The notes below the pieces were generated by a model that saw only the letters and a list, made by a program, of their open reading frames with translations, did not search any database and was not told where the DNA came from. From NCBI GenBank assembly GCA_041559015.1, contig JBFFED010000001.1, forward strand, positions 2,361-66,360: a stretch of DNA of 64,000 nt, written 5' to 3'. Source of the stretch: Thermoplasmata archaeon. Its GTDB lineage: Archaea > Thermoplasmatota > Thermoplasmata > UBA10834. Of the stretch, positions 1 through 10,103 are shown piece after piece. Within the stretch, counting starts at the first letter, position 1, and each line of letters begins with the position of its first letter. Made by a program: the position numbers and the translations under genes.

Positions 1-1
1 G

Positions 2-1198
2 ATGACGGACCTGGACGGCATCATAGCATATGCCTTCAAGTTGTCCCCCGATGCTGCGATTGGAGCATACTCGGTAGAAGTGACGGTTTCGAAGGTCGGC
101 TCGTCGACTGTCGCCGCAACAGTCTTCTATGTCAACGCGTGGGGATCCCTCTCGACCAGGTTCGACAAGGACTACTACATATCCGGCGAAACGATGTTCA
201 TAACCTACGAGGCCTACTGGCAGGGCATGCAGGTGTACCTCGACTCGATGATGGTGACAGTGGAGACCGACTGGGGCCTCCTCTCGATAGGGAACACCAG
301 CACGATGGCCTTCACCGCGGAACTCCCGACCGACTATGTCGGTGATGTGTGGGTATACGCGACGGGATATTACGGGGACGTTGTCTTCAACGCGTTTGCC
401 ATGACCGAAGTCAAAGGCGTCGGCATAGTGGTACTCCCGAACAAGGAAACTTTCGAGCCGGGCGACACGCTGACCTTCACGTGGAACGTGATAGGGCCGG
501 TCTCGAACGGCACACTGAACTACATATTGTACAGCGACAGTGTGTATATAGAGAGCGCGTCCCCCGCGTTCGCCTTGACAGGAACTGTGACCTTCGATGT
601 GCCCCTGATAGACCCCGAGGACTACTACGGTGTATGGATATCGTTGCTTACGGACACTGGGTCCTACTCAGAGGACTCTGCGTCGGCTAACATAGCTGAC
701 GACGGTCAGCTGAGCATCTGGGTCGAGAAGTCGAAGTACGCGGACGGGTCCTTCAAGCCCGGCCAGACCGTGAAGATACAGTACGAGATCTTCAACTTCT
801 GGACGGCCCCGCTGCCCATGTACGTGCTGGTCGTGAGCTGCGACTATGACCCGACAGAGGTCAACATCTTCGTCACCGAGGCAAGCGGCGTCGTGGAGTA
901 CACGTTGCCGGCAGATCTGTCGACAGGCATGTTGGAGATCGATGTAGAGCTCTTGGATCCGACCGACATGAGCAACCTCTCGGACGACTCGACGACGGTC
1001 ATGGTCAACAACCGGCTGAGCGCCTGGGACACGAGCATCGGAGGCTTGGCCGCGAGCGACTTCCTGATAATGCTGCTGATCGTCGTGATGATCATCGTGT
1101 TGATCGTCATGCCCTTCATCAAGGGAAGGCAGCCGAAGACGGAAGCGCCGGTGGTCGAGGAGCCCTTGCCCCCGCCCGCGGAGCCGCCGAAGACCTAG
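2..1198 (+). CDS. C-terminal part of a large membrane-anchored extracellular protein with Ig-like/macroglobulin-type beta-sandwich repeats (5' truncated by the window)
   Basis: Beta-rich acidic sequence with repeated 'K..Y/F.PG.T...I.Y/W' motifs and an MG2-like 'GIIAYAFKLSPDAAIGAYSVEV'; C-terminal TM helix (FLIMLLIVVMIIVLIVMPFI) and Pro-rich tail. Confidence 0.6.
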   Translation: MTDLDGIIAYAFKLSPDAAIGAYSVEVTVSKVGSSTVAATVFYVNAWGSLSTRFDKDYYISGETMFITYEAYWQGMQVYLDSMMVTVETDWGLLSIGNTSTMAFTAELPTDYVGDVWVYATGYYGDVVFNAFAMTEVKGVGIVVLPNKETFEPGDTLTFTWNVIGPVSNGTLNYILYSDSVYIESASPAFALTGTVTFDVPLIDPEDYYGVWISLLTDTGSYSEDSASANIADDGQLSIWVEKSKYADGSFKPGQTVKIQYEIFNFWTAPLPMYVLVVSCDYDPTEVNIFVTEASGVVEYTLPADLSTGMLEIDVELLDPTDMSNLSDDSTTVMVNNRLSAWDTSIGGLAASDFLIMLLIVVMIIVLIVMPFIKGRQPKTEAPVVEEPLPPPAEPPKT

Positions 1199-1224
1199 GC
1201 AGCCAAGGACCAGTAGGAGCGCGT

Positions 1225-1256
1225 CAAACCCCTTCCAGAGTTTCATTTTTCGTTTC
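1225..1256 (+). terminator. Probable archaeal pyrimidine/T-rich terminator
   Basis: caaaccccttcc...tttcatttttcgttt directly after the stop at 1198. Confidence 0.45.
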
Positions 1257-1307
1257 CACTGACCAGCCCTGGAAAGACTTATACGCCCTGCGTCCAATCG
1301 GCTGGCG

Positions 1308-2609
1308 ATGCCCCGAGAGAAGGTCGCGGTTATCGGTCTAGGCTACGTGGGGATATCCCTGGCCGCGTTGCTCGCCAACAAGGGCTACGACGTGGTCGGG
1401 GTAGACATCTCACGGGACCGCGCGGAGACGGTCAACCGCGGTTCGCTCCCGCTCCAGGGCGACGAGCCCGGGCTCGAAGCCATGCTCGCGAGGGCGGTCA
1501 GGAAGGGCGATCTTGTCGCGGGGACCTCTTTCCATGCTCTCAGGGACCGGACGGTCATCTTCGTGTGCGTGGACACCCCGATCGACTCTGAGAGGCGCCC
1601 GGACCACTCGAGACTCGAGGCGGCTATCAAGAACGTCGCGAGGAACGTCAGGAAGGGCGCGCTCGTGGTCGTCGAGTCGACCATCGGCCCCGGGACCATG
1701 CTGGGGCTGGTGGCGAAGATCCTCGAACGGGAGAGCGGCCTGAAGGTCGGGAGGGACCTGAAGCTGGCCCACTGCCCCGAGAGAGTCATGCCTGGGAGGC
1801 TTCTGTACAACCTCACGCACTATGACCGGGTCATTGGCGGGCTCGACAAGGCGAGCCTGCGGAGGGCCTCGACGATATACTCGAATCTCACCAGGGGCAA
1901 GCTGCACCCCACGGACCTCACGACCGCGGAGGTCGTGAAGACGGCAGAGAACGCCTACAGGGATGTGCAGATCGCTTTCGCCAACGAGGTCGCGCTCATA
2001 TCCGAGAAGGTCGGTGTCGATGCGTTCGAGGTGCGTCGGCTCGTGAACACATGTCCCTTCAGGGACATGCACACGCCGGGCGCGGGCGTCGGAGGCCACT
2101 GTCTGCCGAAGGACCCGTGGCTGCTGGCGCACGGGGGCAGGGAGGCGGGCCCGAAGCTGATACCAGCGGCGAGGGCGATAAACGACTCGATGCCGTTCCA
2201 TGTGCTGGACCTCGCAGACTCCGCGCTGAAGGAGACGGGGCGGCGGCTGAAAGGATCCGTCGTCGCGGTGATGGGCGCGTCGTTCCTGCAGGACTCCGGC
2301 GACATGAGGAACTCACCGTCAGTACCGGTCGTAGCGTCACTCATGTCCGCAAGGGAACTGAGAGTCCACGACCCGTATGTGGAGGAGGTCGAGGGGCGGC
2401 CAGTTGAGATGGACATGAGGAAGGCCCTCGAGGGGGCCGATCTCGCGGTGTTCATGGTCGCGCACAAGGAGTATTCCCTGCTGACGCCGGCAGCCATCAA
2501 GAAGTTGATGCGCACGCCCGCGGTCGTCGACGGCAGGAACATCTTCTCGGCGGACAGGATGCGCAGGGCGGGGATCGTCTACAGGGGCGTGGGCAAGAGG
2601 CCTACCTGA
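1308..2609 (+). CDS. wecC: UDP-N-acetyl-hexosamine/nucleotide-sugar dehydrogenase (WecC/WbpA family)
   Basis: GLGYVG Rossmann motif, CVDTP, EST, HCPERVMPG, catalytic GGHCLPKDP, DMRNSPS, VDGRN. Confidence 0.85.
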   Translation: MPREKVAVIGLGYVGISLAALLANKGYDVVGVDISRDRAETVNRGSLPLQGDEPGLEAMLARAVRKGDLVAGTSFHALRDRTVIFVCVDTPIDSERRPDHSRLEAAIKNVARNVRKGALVVVESTIGPGTMLGLVAKILERESGLKVGRDLKLAHCPERVMPGRLLYNLTHYDRVIGGLDKASLRRASTIYSNLTRGKLHPTDLTTAEVVKTAENAYRDVQIAFANEVALISEKVGVDAFEVRRLVNTCPFRDMHTPGAGVGGHCLPKDPWLLAHGGREAGPKLIPAARAINDSMPFHVLDLADSALKETGRRLKGSVVAVMGASFLQDSGDMRNSPSVPVVASLMSARELRVHDPYVEEVEGRPVEMDMRKALEGADLAVFMVAHKEYSLLTPAAIKKLMRTPAVVDGRNIFSADRMRRAGIVYRGVGKRPT

Positions 2610-3495
2610 CAAGCTCCGAGAGGCCCTCTTCGAGTGACACCTTTGCCCTGAACCCGAGTGTCTCCTCCGACTTCCTCACGTCGCACAGACTGTCCTTGAT
2701 GTCCCCCACCCTTGGGGACGAGAAGAGTGGCTCCAGCTTCCTCCCAGATACCTGGATGGCCATCCTGGCCAGGTCGAGTATGCTCGTCGAGACGCCGCTG
2801 CCGCAGTTCAGGACCTGCCCTCCCAACCCGTCTTTGTCCAACACGAGCAAGATCATCTCCGCGACATCGCGCGCGTGTATGAAGTCCCTGGTCTGCCGGC
2901 CATCGCCCTCGATGATTGGCGGCAGGCCTGACCTGAGCCGGGACGCGAACTTCGTCATGACACCAGAATAGGGGCTCTGAGGGTCCGCCCTGATGGAGTA
3001 GAAGTTGAACGGCCTGACGGAGACGACCTCCATGTGGCTCATGTCCGCGTACGCGAGCACGTACTTCTCCCCCGCGAGCTTGCTGACACCGTAGTTGCTC
3101 ATCGGGTGTGTCGGGTGCTCCTCGTCTATCGGCACGTACTCCGGCCTGCCGAATACTGCCGCGCTGCTGACATAGACGAACTTGCCCACGCCGGCCTTGG
3201 CGCTCTCGTGGAGCACGTTGACCGTTCCGAGGACGTTGACGCTCGCGTCCGTGAGCGGGTCCTGGACGGACATGTCGACGCTCACCTGGGCCGCGCAGTG
3301 CACAACCGCGTCGACCCGCGCAAGCACACTCCTGACGTCCGCAGGTCTCTGGATATCGCCAAGAACCGAGGAGGGCTTGAGGACTGCGTATGGCTGGGCC
3401 CTGATGTCTAACCCCACCACCTCGTGCCTCCTCATGAGCAACTCGCAGAGGTACGACCCGAGCTGACCCGAGCTGCCCGTAACCAGAACCCTCAT
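2602..3495 (-). CDS. NAD-dependent epimerase/dehydratase (GalE-like extended SDR)
   Basis: TGSSGQLG, SSAAVFG, YGVSK (YxxxK), GDGRQTRDFIHARD. Confidence 0.85.
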   Translation of the reverse strand: MRVLVTGSSGQLGSYLCELLMRRHEVVGLDIRAQPYAVLKPSSVLGDIQRPADVRSVLARVDAVVHCAAQVSVDMSVQDPLTDASVNVLGTVNVLHESAKAGVGKFVYVSSAAVFGRPEYVPIDEEHPTHPMSNYGVSKLAGEKYVLAYADMSHMEVVSVRPFNFYSIRADPQSPYSGVMTKFASRLRSGLPPIIEGDGRQTRDFIHARDVAEMILLVLDKDGLGGQVLNCGSGVSTSILDLARMAIQVSGRKLEPLFSSPRVGDIKDSLCDVRKSEETLGFRAKVSLEEGLSELVR

Positions 3496-3500
3496 CGGAC

Positions 3501-4478
3501 CTACTCCACCTGCATCTTCTTGCCGCTCTTCATCGATTCCAGGGCGGCCTCCGCGATCCTGAGCGTCCTCATGGCGCTCTCGCCTGTCACCAGGGGAGCC
3601 TTCCCATCCTTGATCGCCGCGATGAAGTCGTCCAGCTCGCGCTTGAGCGGCTCCTCCTTCTTCAGGGCGGTTCTGTGGACGTCAAACTCAAGGGGGACGT
3701 TGAACAGGTTGCTGCTGTCCAGCTGCCTGAAGGACGAAGCGCATACCAGGGCCGCCTGATCCATGTAGTCGACCTCGACGAAGTTCTGGCTGCATGTCAG
3801 CGCGAGCTTCCTGACCTTCATTGGCGTAAGCCAGTTCACCTCCACGTAGCCGGTGGCGCCGCCCTCGAAATCTATGAGCATGTTCGCGTGGTCCTCGTAC
3901 TTGATGCCTTTGCCCTGGCCGCCCAGGGTGTAGACTGACTTGGCCTTCGCGCCTATGATGTACTGAATGACGTCGATGTCGTGCACCCCGAGGTCCATGA
4001 TGACCCCAACGTCCCGGACCCTTGATGGCAGGGAGGAGACACGCCTTGTGCCAGCAGTTATCAGCTCGCCCCACTGGCCGCTCTGGAGGCCCTGTTTGGC
4101 GAAGGAAACCACTGGGTTGAACCTCTCGGTGAACCCACCGGCGAGGACGACATTGGCCTTGCGGGCCGACTCGACCAGCCCCTGGAGGACTCTCGAACTG
4201 CCCGTCATCGGCTTCTCGAGCAGCACGTGCTTGCCCGCCCTGATTGCCTCCGATGCGATCTTCTCATGGGTGGAGGTCGGCGTGACCACCACGACGGCCT
4301 CGACATCGCTCTTGAGCATGTCCTGGTAGCTGAGGTACCACTTGACACCATGCTTCTCGCCGACCGCCTGTGCGACCTCGGGCACGATGTCCACCACCCC
4401 CGCGAGCATGTCTCTCTCGGAGAGTATCCTCGCATGGTTCTGGCCCATGAGCCCGACGCCTATGACACCCACGCGCAT
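3501..4478 (-). CDS. Gfo/Idh/MocA oxidoreductase (nucleotide-sugar 3-dehydrogenase, WbpB-like)
   Basis: Start set at MRVGVIGVGLMG (4478); GKHVLLEKP, ERFNP, DLGVHDID motifs. Confidence 0.8.
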   Translation of the reverse strand: MRVGVIGVGLMGQNHARILSERDMLAGVVDIVPEVAQAVGEKHGVKWYLSYQDMLKSDVEAVVVVTPTSTHEKIASEAIRAGKHVLLEKPMTGSSRVLQGLVESARKANVVLAGGFTERFNPVVSFAKQGLQSGQWGELITAGTRRVSSLPSRVRDVGVIMDLGVHDIDVIQYIIGAKAKSVYTLGGQGKGIKYEDHANMLIDFEGGATGYVEVNWLTPMKVRKLALTCSQNFVEVDYMDQAALVCASSFRQLDSSNLFNVPLEFDVHRTALKKEEPLKRELDDFIAAIKDGKAPLVTGESAMRTLRIAEAALESMKSGKKMQVE

Positions 4479-4572
4479 GCGCTCGCAATGAGAGTATCCC
4501 GTAATAAGCGTTCCTTCAGCTTGCGTGAAAGGCTTAATACCGCCCCCGGACATGCCTTGTCTGGTGGACTGA

Positions 4573-4752
4573 TTGAAGAGGAATCTGATGGACATTCTAG
4601 CATGCCCTGTCTGCAAGAGCCACCCGCTCGAGCTGACGGTCAAGAAAGAGGATGAGAAGGAGATCCTCGAGGGGACGCTCAGGTGCGCCAAGTGCAATGT
4701 CGATTACCCGATAGAGGACGGCATACCCAATATGCTCCCTCCGGAGAAGTAG
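4573..4752 (+). CDS. trm112: Trm112-like methyltransferase activator (59 aa; absent from the ORF track)
   Basis: TTG start after GGTGG; MKRNLMDILACPVCKSHPLEL...EGTLRCAKCNVDYPIEDGIPNML, with two CxxC and the YPIxDGIP signature. Confidence 0.85.
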   Translation: MKRNLMDILACPVCKSHPLELTVKKEDEKEILEGTLRCAKCNVDYPIEDGIPNMLPPEK

Positions 4753-4915
4753 CTTTCCAGGGTTCTCTCGCACGGCCTGGCAGCCCACAGCGCACATATA
4801 TACCCCGAACGAAGCACACAATAGTACGTTGCCAGGCACCGTGTGCAACACATTGATATCCAACTTGCCCCGTTCCGAATCCGCCGGCCATCAGACCGGC
4901 AACATGGTGAGCCAG

Positions 4916-6484
4916 ATGAAGGTGCTCGTCGCAGACGAGATATCGAAGACAGGCGTGGAGATGCTCAAGGCGCAGGGCTACTCCGTCGATGTGCGGACAG
5001 GTCAGAAGGAGGACGACCTGGTCAAGATCATTGGAGGCTACGACGTCCTCCTCGTCAGGAGCGCGACCAAGGCCACCAGGAAGGTCATCGAGGCCGGTAG
5101 ACTGAAGGTCATCGGGCGAGCCGGCATAGGCGTGGACAACATCGACGTCGAAGCCGCGACCGAGCGCGGCGTCCTGGTCATGAACGCGCCCTCGGGGAAC
5201 GTCATATCCACGGCCGAGCTCACCATAGGACTCATGTTCTCGTTGGCGCGGAAGATACCCCAGGCGGACGCATCCACTAAGAAGGGCGAGTGGAAGCGCA
5301 AGGAGATGAAGGGCGCGCAGATCCAAGGGAAGACCCTGGGTATCGTTGGCCTGGGAAGGGTGGGTGCGGAGGTGGCAAGGAGAGCGGCCGCACTGGGCAT
5401 GACCGTGGTCGCTTACGACCCACTCGTGTCCCCCGAGGTGGGCACGAGGCTCCATGTCAGGCTCCTGCCGCTCGACAGGCTTCTGGTCGACGCCGACATC
5501 GTGACCGTCCACACGCCCCTCACGCCGCAGACAAAGGACCTCATAGGCAAGGCCGAGTTCGCCAAGATGAAGAAGAATGCCCTCTTAATCAACTGCGCCA
5601 GGGGAGGCGTCGTGAACGAGGAGGACCTCCACGAGGCTCTGGCCGAGAAAAGGATCGCAGGTGCGGCCCTCGATGTGTTCATGAACGAGCCACCTTCGGG
5701 CTCGAAGTTGCTCACGCTCCAGAACGTCATCCTGACGCCGCACCTGGGCGCTACCACGATGGAGGCGCAGGAGGAGGTAGGGTCAGAGATAGCGGAGCAG
5801 GTCATAGCGTACCTCGAGGAGAACGTCATACGGAACGCCGTCAACCTCCCAGCGAAGTTGGATCCCGAGATTGTCCCGTACATGCCGCTGGCGGAGAAGC
5901 TGGGGACGATGGCCTGCCAGCTCGGGATGTGCAGCGCGTCAAGGATGGAAGTCTCCTGCAGAGGGGAGCTGGCGCAGAAGGACACGCGCATAATCGTGGC
6001 GTGTGCGGTCACTGGCCTCCTGAAGCCCTTGGCCGAGGAGTTCAACGTCAACTACATCAACGCCGTTGCCATCGCCAAGTCGAGGGGCATCGAGGTCGTC
6101 TCGTCGACCACCGAGGAGTCGGGCAGGTACAAGAACCTGATAAGCGTGGAGCTGCGGGCGAACGGGTCAACGGTCTCGGTCGTCGGATCGCTCATGCCGG
6201 ACAAGGTGGCGAAGATAGTCGAGATAGACGGCAACTCAGTGGACTTCGAGCCTGAAGGAAACTTCCTTCTGATAGGCCACTCGGACATGCCAGGCATGAT
6301 CGGCAAGGTGGGGACGGTCCTCGGGGACAACGACATCAACATAGCTGGCATGGAGGTCGCGAGAAAGGCCTCCAGAGGTCCGGCGATGATGATCCTGACC
6401 CTGGATGATGAGCTCCCCGGCTCAGTCCTGGCGAAGGTCCGGGAGATACCGAACCTGAAGTCCGCGACATCGATCAGGCTCTGA
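4916..6484 (+). CDS. serA: D-3-phosphoglycerate dehydrogenase (with ASB and ACT domains)
   Basis: GRAGIGVDNID, GLGRVG, INCARGG, TPHLGA, C-terminal ACT 'DMPGMIGKVG'; start after GGTGA. Confidence 0.93.
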   Translation: MKVLVADEISKTGVEMLKAQGYSVDVRTGQKEDDLVKIIGGYDVLLVRSATKATRKVIEAGRLKVIGRAGIGVDNIDVEAATERGVLVMNAPSGNVISTAELTIGLMFSLARKIPQADASTKKGEWKRKEMKGAQIQGKTLGIVGLGRVGAEVARRAAALGMTVVAYDPLVSPEVGTRLHVRLLPLDRLLVDADIVTVHTPLTPQTKDLIGKAEFAKMKKNALLINCARGGVVNEEDLHEALAEKRIAGAALDVFMNEPPSGSKLLTLQNVILTPHLGATTMEAQEEVGSEIAEQVIAYLEENVIRNAVNLPAKLDPEIVPYMPLAEKLGTMACQLGMCSASRMEVSCRGELAQKDTRIIVACAVTGLLKPLAEEFNVNYINAVAIAKSRGIEVVSSTTEESGRYKNLISVELRANGSTVSVVGSLMPDKVAKIVEIDGNSVDFEPEGNFLLIGHSDMPGMIGKVGTVLGDNDINIAGMEVARKASRGPAMMILTLDDELPGSVLAKVREIPNLKSATSIRL

Positions 6485-6541
6485 GCGCGCCTGCGTCATG
6501 TTTATTCTTGCGCAGACGATACACGGGGCGGAGTTGGACGC

Positions 6542-7081
6542 ATTCCGAGCATCCGGATAGAGATTCGGGACGCCACCGAGGACGACCTCCCGTCCGTGGT
6601 CAAGCTATGGGAGATGCTGGCGAAGCACCACGAGGGCGTCTCAGAGCACTTCCGGCTGGCCTGGGACAGCAAGAGGAACTGGGCCAAGTACCTCGACCAG
6701 AAGTTCTCTGAGGTCAGTACCAAGCTGATCGTGGCCGAGGAGGACGGGGAGATAGTGGGGTTCATGCTCTGCTTGTTGTCCCCCAACGCCCCGATATTCA
6801 AGGAGAGGAAGATAGGCGTCATATCGGATGTGTTCGTGCTCGAGGAGCGACGCAGGAAGGGTGTCACCCGCAAGATGCTGGACGTGGGCATCAGGTGGTT
6901 CAGGAAGAATAAGGTGAGGTTCGTGCAGCTTGGCGTGGCGCATCACAACATGGATGCGAGGGCGGCCTGGAGGAACCTCGGATTCGAGCCGTACATGATC
7001 CATAAGCGGCTCGACCTGGACAGGGATGACAGGCGTGAGAAGGTCAAGAGAATAGTGACCAGGAAGAAGGTCCGCGGATGA
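6542..7081 (+). CDS. GNAT-family acetyltransferase
   Basis: IEIRDATEDDL N-terminal motif lies upstream of the GTG at 6596 (ATT start inferred); 'VFVLEERRRKGV' motif A; N..ARAAWRNLGF. Confidence 0.75.
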   Translation: MPSIRIEIRDATEDDLPSVVKLWEMLAKHHEGVSEHFRLAWDSKRNWAKYLDQKFSEVSTKLIVAEEDGEIVGFMLCLLSPNAPIFKERKIGVISDVFVLEERRRKGVTRKMLDVGIRWFRKNKVRFVQLGVAHHNMDARAAWRNLGFEPYMIHKRLDLDRDDRREKVKRIVTRKKVRG

Positions 7082-7099
7082 CGCCTGACGGTACTTGGC

Positions 7100-8251
7100 T
7101 CAGGCCAGGACCCTCTTGATCCGTTCCATGCCTTCCTGGATGTTCTTCTTGTCGGTCGCATACGATATGCGTATGTGCTGCTCGCCCGCCTTGCCGAACG
7201 CCGCGCCACCCGTGACCGCGACCTCGGCCTTGTCCATGAGGTGCAGCGCGAACTTCTCAGAGCCCATCTCGGCTTCGTACCTCGGGAAGACATAGAAGGC
7301 GCCCTTGGGCCTGTCGCAGTGAAGGCTCGGGATGTCCTTCATCAGATCCATGATCAGGTCCCTGCGCTCCTGGAACTCCCTGACCATCTCCTTGACCGGC
7401 TCCTTGGGCCCTGTCATCGCCGCAAGCCCCCCGTACTGGGCGAAAGAGGTGGCGTGGGTGATCGAGTGCTGCTGCACCTTGTTGATGCCCGCGAATATCG
7501 GTTTCGGGGCGAGCAACCATCCGAGCCTCCAGCCGGTCATCGCGTAGGTCTTGCTGAAACCGCTTATGGTGATGGTACGCTCCATCATGCCGGGCTCGGC
7601 CGCCATTGAATGGTGCTTCAGGCCGTCGAATATGATCTTCTCGTACACCTCGTCCGCGAGCACCACGAGGTCGTGGTCCTTCGCGAGGTCAGCGATGCCC
7701 TTGATGTCGTCGTGCGTCTCGACAGCGCCGCACGGGTTCGAAGGGGAGTTGTAGAGTATCATCTTGGTCTTCGGGGTGATGAGCTCGGCCACAGCATCCG
7801 GGGTCATCCTCCACTCGGACTCCTCGGTGGTCGTGCAGGGAACCGCCCTGCCGCCAGCCAGGACCACGCACGGCTCGTATGTCACCCATGACGGGTCGGG
7901 CATGATGACCTCCTCGCCCTCGTTGACCGTGGCCATGACCGACTCGAATATGGCGTGCTTGGTCGGGGCCACCAGGACGTTGGACGGTTCGCAGGGGATT
8001 CCGTTGGCCTCCTTGGCCTCCTTGGCTATGGCCTCCCTCAGCGCAGGCAACCCGGGCGCGTTCAGGTATCTCGTCTTGCCCTCGTCGAGAGCCTTCTTTG
8101 CGGCCTCGACTATGTGCCTAGGAGTGTCGAAGTCGGGCTCCCCGACCGTGAACGAGATGATCTTCTTTCCCTCGGCCTTCTTCTGCCCGGCCAGTTCCTT
8201 CATCCTCATCGTACCAGATTCTTGGACTTTCTTGACTCGTTCAGCGATCAT
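7100..8251 (-). CDS. PLP-dependent class I/II aminotransferase (aspartate aminotransferase-like)
   Basis: GEPDFDTP, NSPSNPCG, DEVYE, SGFSKTYAMTGWRLG; start after GGTGA. Confidence 0.9.
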   Translation of the reverse strand: MIAERVKKVQESGTMRMKELAGQKKAEGKKIISFTVGEPDFDTPRHIVEAAKKALDEGKTRYLNAPGLPALREAIAKEAKEANGIPCEPSNVLVAPTKHAIFESVMATVNEGEEVIMPDPSWVTYEPCVVLAGGRAVPCTTTEESEWRMTPDAVAELITPKTKMILYNSPSNPCGAVETHDDIKGIADLAKDHDLVVLADEVYEKIIFDGLKHHSMAAEPGMMERTITISGFSKTYAMTGWRLGWLLAPKPIFAGINKVQQHSITHATSFAQYGGLAAMTGPKEPVKEMVREFQERRDLIMDLMKDIPSLHCDRPKGAFYVFPRYEAEMGSEKFALHLMDKAEVAVTGGAAFGKAGEQHIRISYATDKKNIQEGMERIKRVLA

Positions 8252-8377
8252 CGTGTTCACCCCACCCGTGAAGTGCGCGAGCAATATAAAGCATTGGTGT
8301 CCAACTATTGGCATGGCGCTGGGAGGCCACCACTCGCATCAAAACGATATTATGCGGAGATTGCTTTCGATTGCCCA

Positions 8378-9385
8378 ATGGCCCTCAGGACAGGCAAGCT
8401 ACCACAGGAGATTCTCAGAAGGCTGCTCAGACACAGGGGCGCGGAGGACAACTCGGTCGTCCTCGGGCCGGCTGTCGGCGAGGACGCGGCGGTCGTGAGA
8501 CTGGGCAAGGAACTCCTCGTCTTGAAGACCGACCCAGTGACCTATGCGACCGACATGATCGGGTGGTACGCGGTGCACGTCAACGCCAACGATGTAGCGA
8601 CCAGAGGGGCGAGGCCCGCCTGGTTCCAGGCGGTGATATTGCTCCCCCCGGGCTCCGAGGAGGCGCTTGCGGAGAGCATATTCAAGCAGATATCCCAGGC
8701 GGCCAGAACCCTGGGGATCGCAGTTACCGGCGGACACACCGAGGTCACCCCGGGGATCGACCGGCCCATCGTCGTCGGCGATATGCACGGCCTGCTGGGC
8801 AGGCGCAAGCCCGTGACCACCTCTGGGGCAAGGGCCGGTGACTCTCTCGTGATGACCAAGAGCGCCGGCATAGAAGGCACGGCTGCAATCGCGCGTGAGA
8901 GAAGGGAGGAGCTGCTGAGAGCCTTCGACCCCAAGATGGTCGAGAAGGCGTCGAAGTACCTGTTCAAGCCCGGCCTGTCCGTGGTCCGGGAGGCGCACGC
9001 CGCGCTCGAATTCGGTGTGAGCGCGATGCACGACCCGACCGAGGGCGGAGTGGCCATGGGGGTGTTCGAGATGGCAGCTGCGTCGAGGAAATCCTTCAAG
9101 CTCTATCCGGAGAAGGTCGTCGTTGGCAGGGAGACCTCGATGATATGCGAGAAGTACGGGCTCGATCCGCTCGGCCTGTTGGGTTCGGGAGCGCTCCTTG
9201 CGACTTTCAGCCCGAAGGACGCTGAGGCCTACTTGAGGAAGGTCCGGGGCATGGGGATCAGCGCCGCGGTCGTTGGGAAGGTCATACCGGGCAAGGGCAG
9301 GTCAATGGCGGTCGCGGGCGACGGGACGGTCACTCCGCTTTCTTCTTCGGAGCGCGACGAGATCTTGAAGGTTTTAGGGCCTTGA
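8378..9385 (+). CDS. AIR-synthase-related (PurM/HypE/ThiL superfamily) protein
   Basis: GKLP, GEDAAV, KTDP, NANDVA, GGHTE, AMHDPTEGG, GSGALL. Confidence 0.8.
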   Translation: MALRTGKLPQEILRRLLRHRGAEDNSVVLGPAVGEDAAVVRLGKELLVLKTDPVTYATDMIGWYAVHVNANDVATRGARPAWFQAVILLPPGSEEALAESIFKQISQAARTLGIAVTGGHTEVTPGIDRPIVVGDMHGLLGRRKPVTTSGARAGDSLVMTKSAGIEGTAAIARERREELLRAFDPKMVEKASKYLFKPGLSVVREAHAALEFGVSAMHDPTEGGVAMGVFEMAAASRKSFKLYPEKVVVGRETSMICEKYGLDPLGLLGSGALLATFSPKDAEAYLRKVRGMGISAAVVGKVIPGKGRSMAVAGDGTVTPLSSSERDEILKVLGP

Positions 9386-10103
9386 CCTCCGGGGTCTTCT
9401 CCGGCGCCTTCTGAGCCACTCTGGCCACCTCGGGCGAGGTGGTTATCGCGCAGAGCGCCTTCGCGGTGACAGTCCAGGCCTTCATCATCCTGGGGCCGAG
9501 GGATATCTTGGAGTGTGGGAACTTGCTCAGGTCCGACCTGAACCCGCCCTTCGAGAAGCCGCCTATGATCACAACGACGCGCTCCCACTCCTCGGACGAG
9601 AACTTCTCCTGCAGGGGTGTCAATTCACCCTCCTGCGCCAGTACTATGACCTCGTCCGGCTTCAGGGCTTTCACGAGGGCGTCGAGCGGGACATCGTTCC
9701 TCAGTTCTAGAAGGGCGTTCTCCCTCGACGGCACGACCCTCTGGTCGTAGAGCTGCTCGATCAGGCCCACGAACCTCGGGTAGTTGGGTGGGAGCCGCGT
9801 CTCGGGCTTGACTGCGATGACGTCGTTGTTCCTTGTGTGCACGAACACCCTCAGCTTGCCGTCGGCGGACAGGTCGGAGTCCATCGACAGCATGAGGTAG
9901 AAGTGGACGATGTCCGGCCTGCCGCGCCTCTCCGACTCCGGGAGCTTCGAGAACGCGGGGTGGTGGTGGGACGCATCGAGCAGTATCTTCTCAGGGGCCT
10001 TGCCCCTCGCGCGCGCGTTGTTGAGTATGCATCTCTCCCTGAGCAGCTCGGGGGGCACGAGCTCGAGCTCCGAATCCGCGAGTATGAAGAAGTACTGCGT
10101 CAT
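9330..10103 (-). CDS. nep1: 16S rRNA pseudouridine-N1 methyltransferase Nep1/EMG1 (SPOUT)
   Basis: LLDASHHH, RGRPDIVH, TRLPPNYPRFVGLIEQL, IGGFSKG. Confidence 0.9.
   Translation of the reverse strand: MTQYFFILADSELELVPPELLRERCILNNARARGKAPEKILLDASHHHPAFSKLPESERRGRPDIVHFYLMLSMDSDLSADGKLRVFVHTRNNDVIAVKPETRLPPNYPRFVGLIEQLYDQRVVPSRENALLELRNDVPLDALVKALKPDEVIVLAQEGELTPLQEKFSSEEWERVVVIIGGFSKGGFRSDLSKFPHSKISLGPRMMKAWTVTAKALCAITTSPEVARVAQKAPEKTPEVKALKPSRSRRAPKKKAE

Noticed and set aside
6482..6596. GNAT frame is continuous with serA across a single TGA (possible readthrough or selenocysteine fusion)
   Set aside because: serA ends at its normal ACT C-terminus, no SECIS-like evidence, and a shared frame has a one-in-three chance
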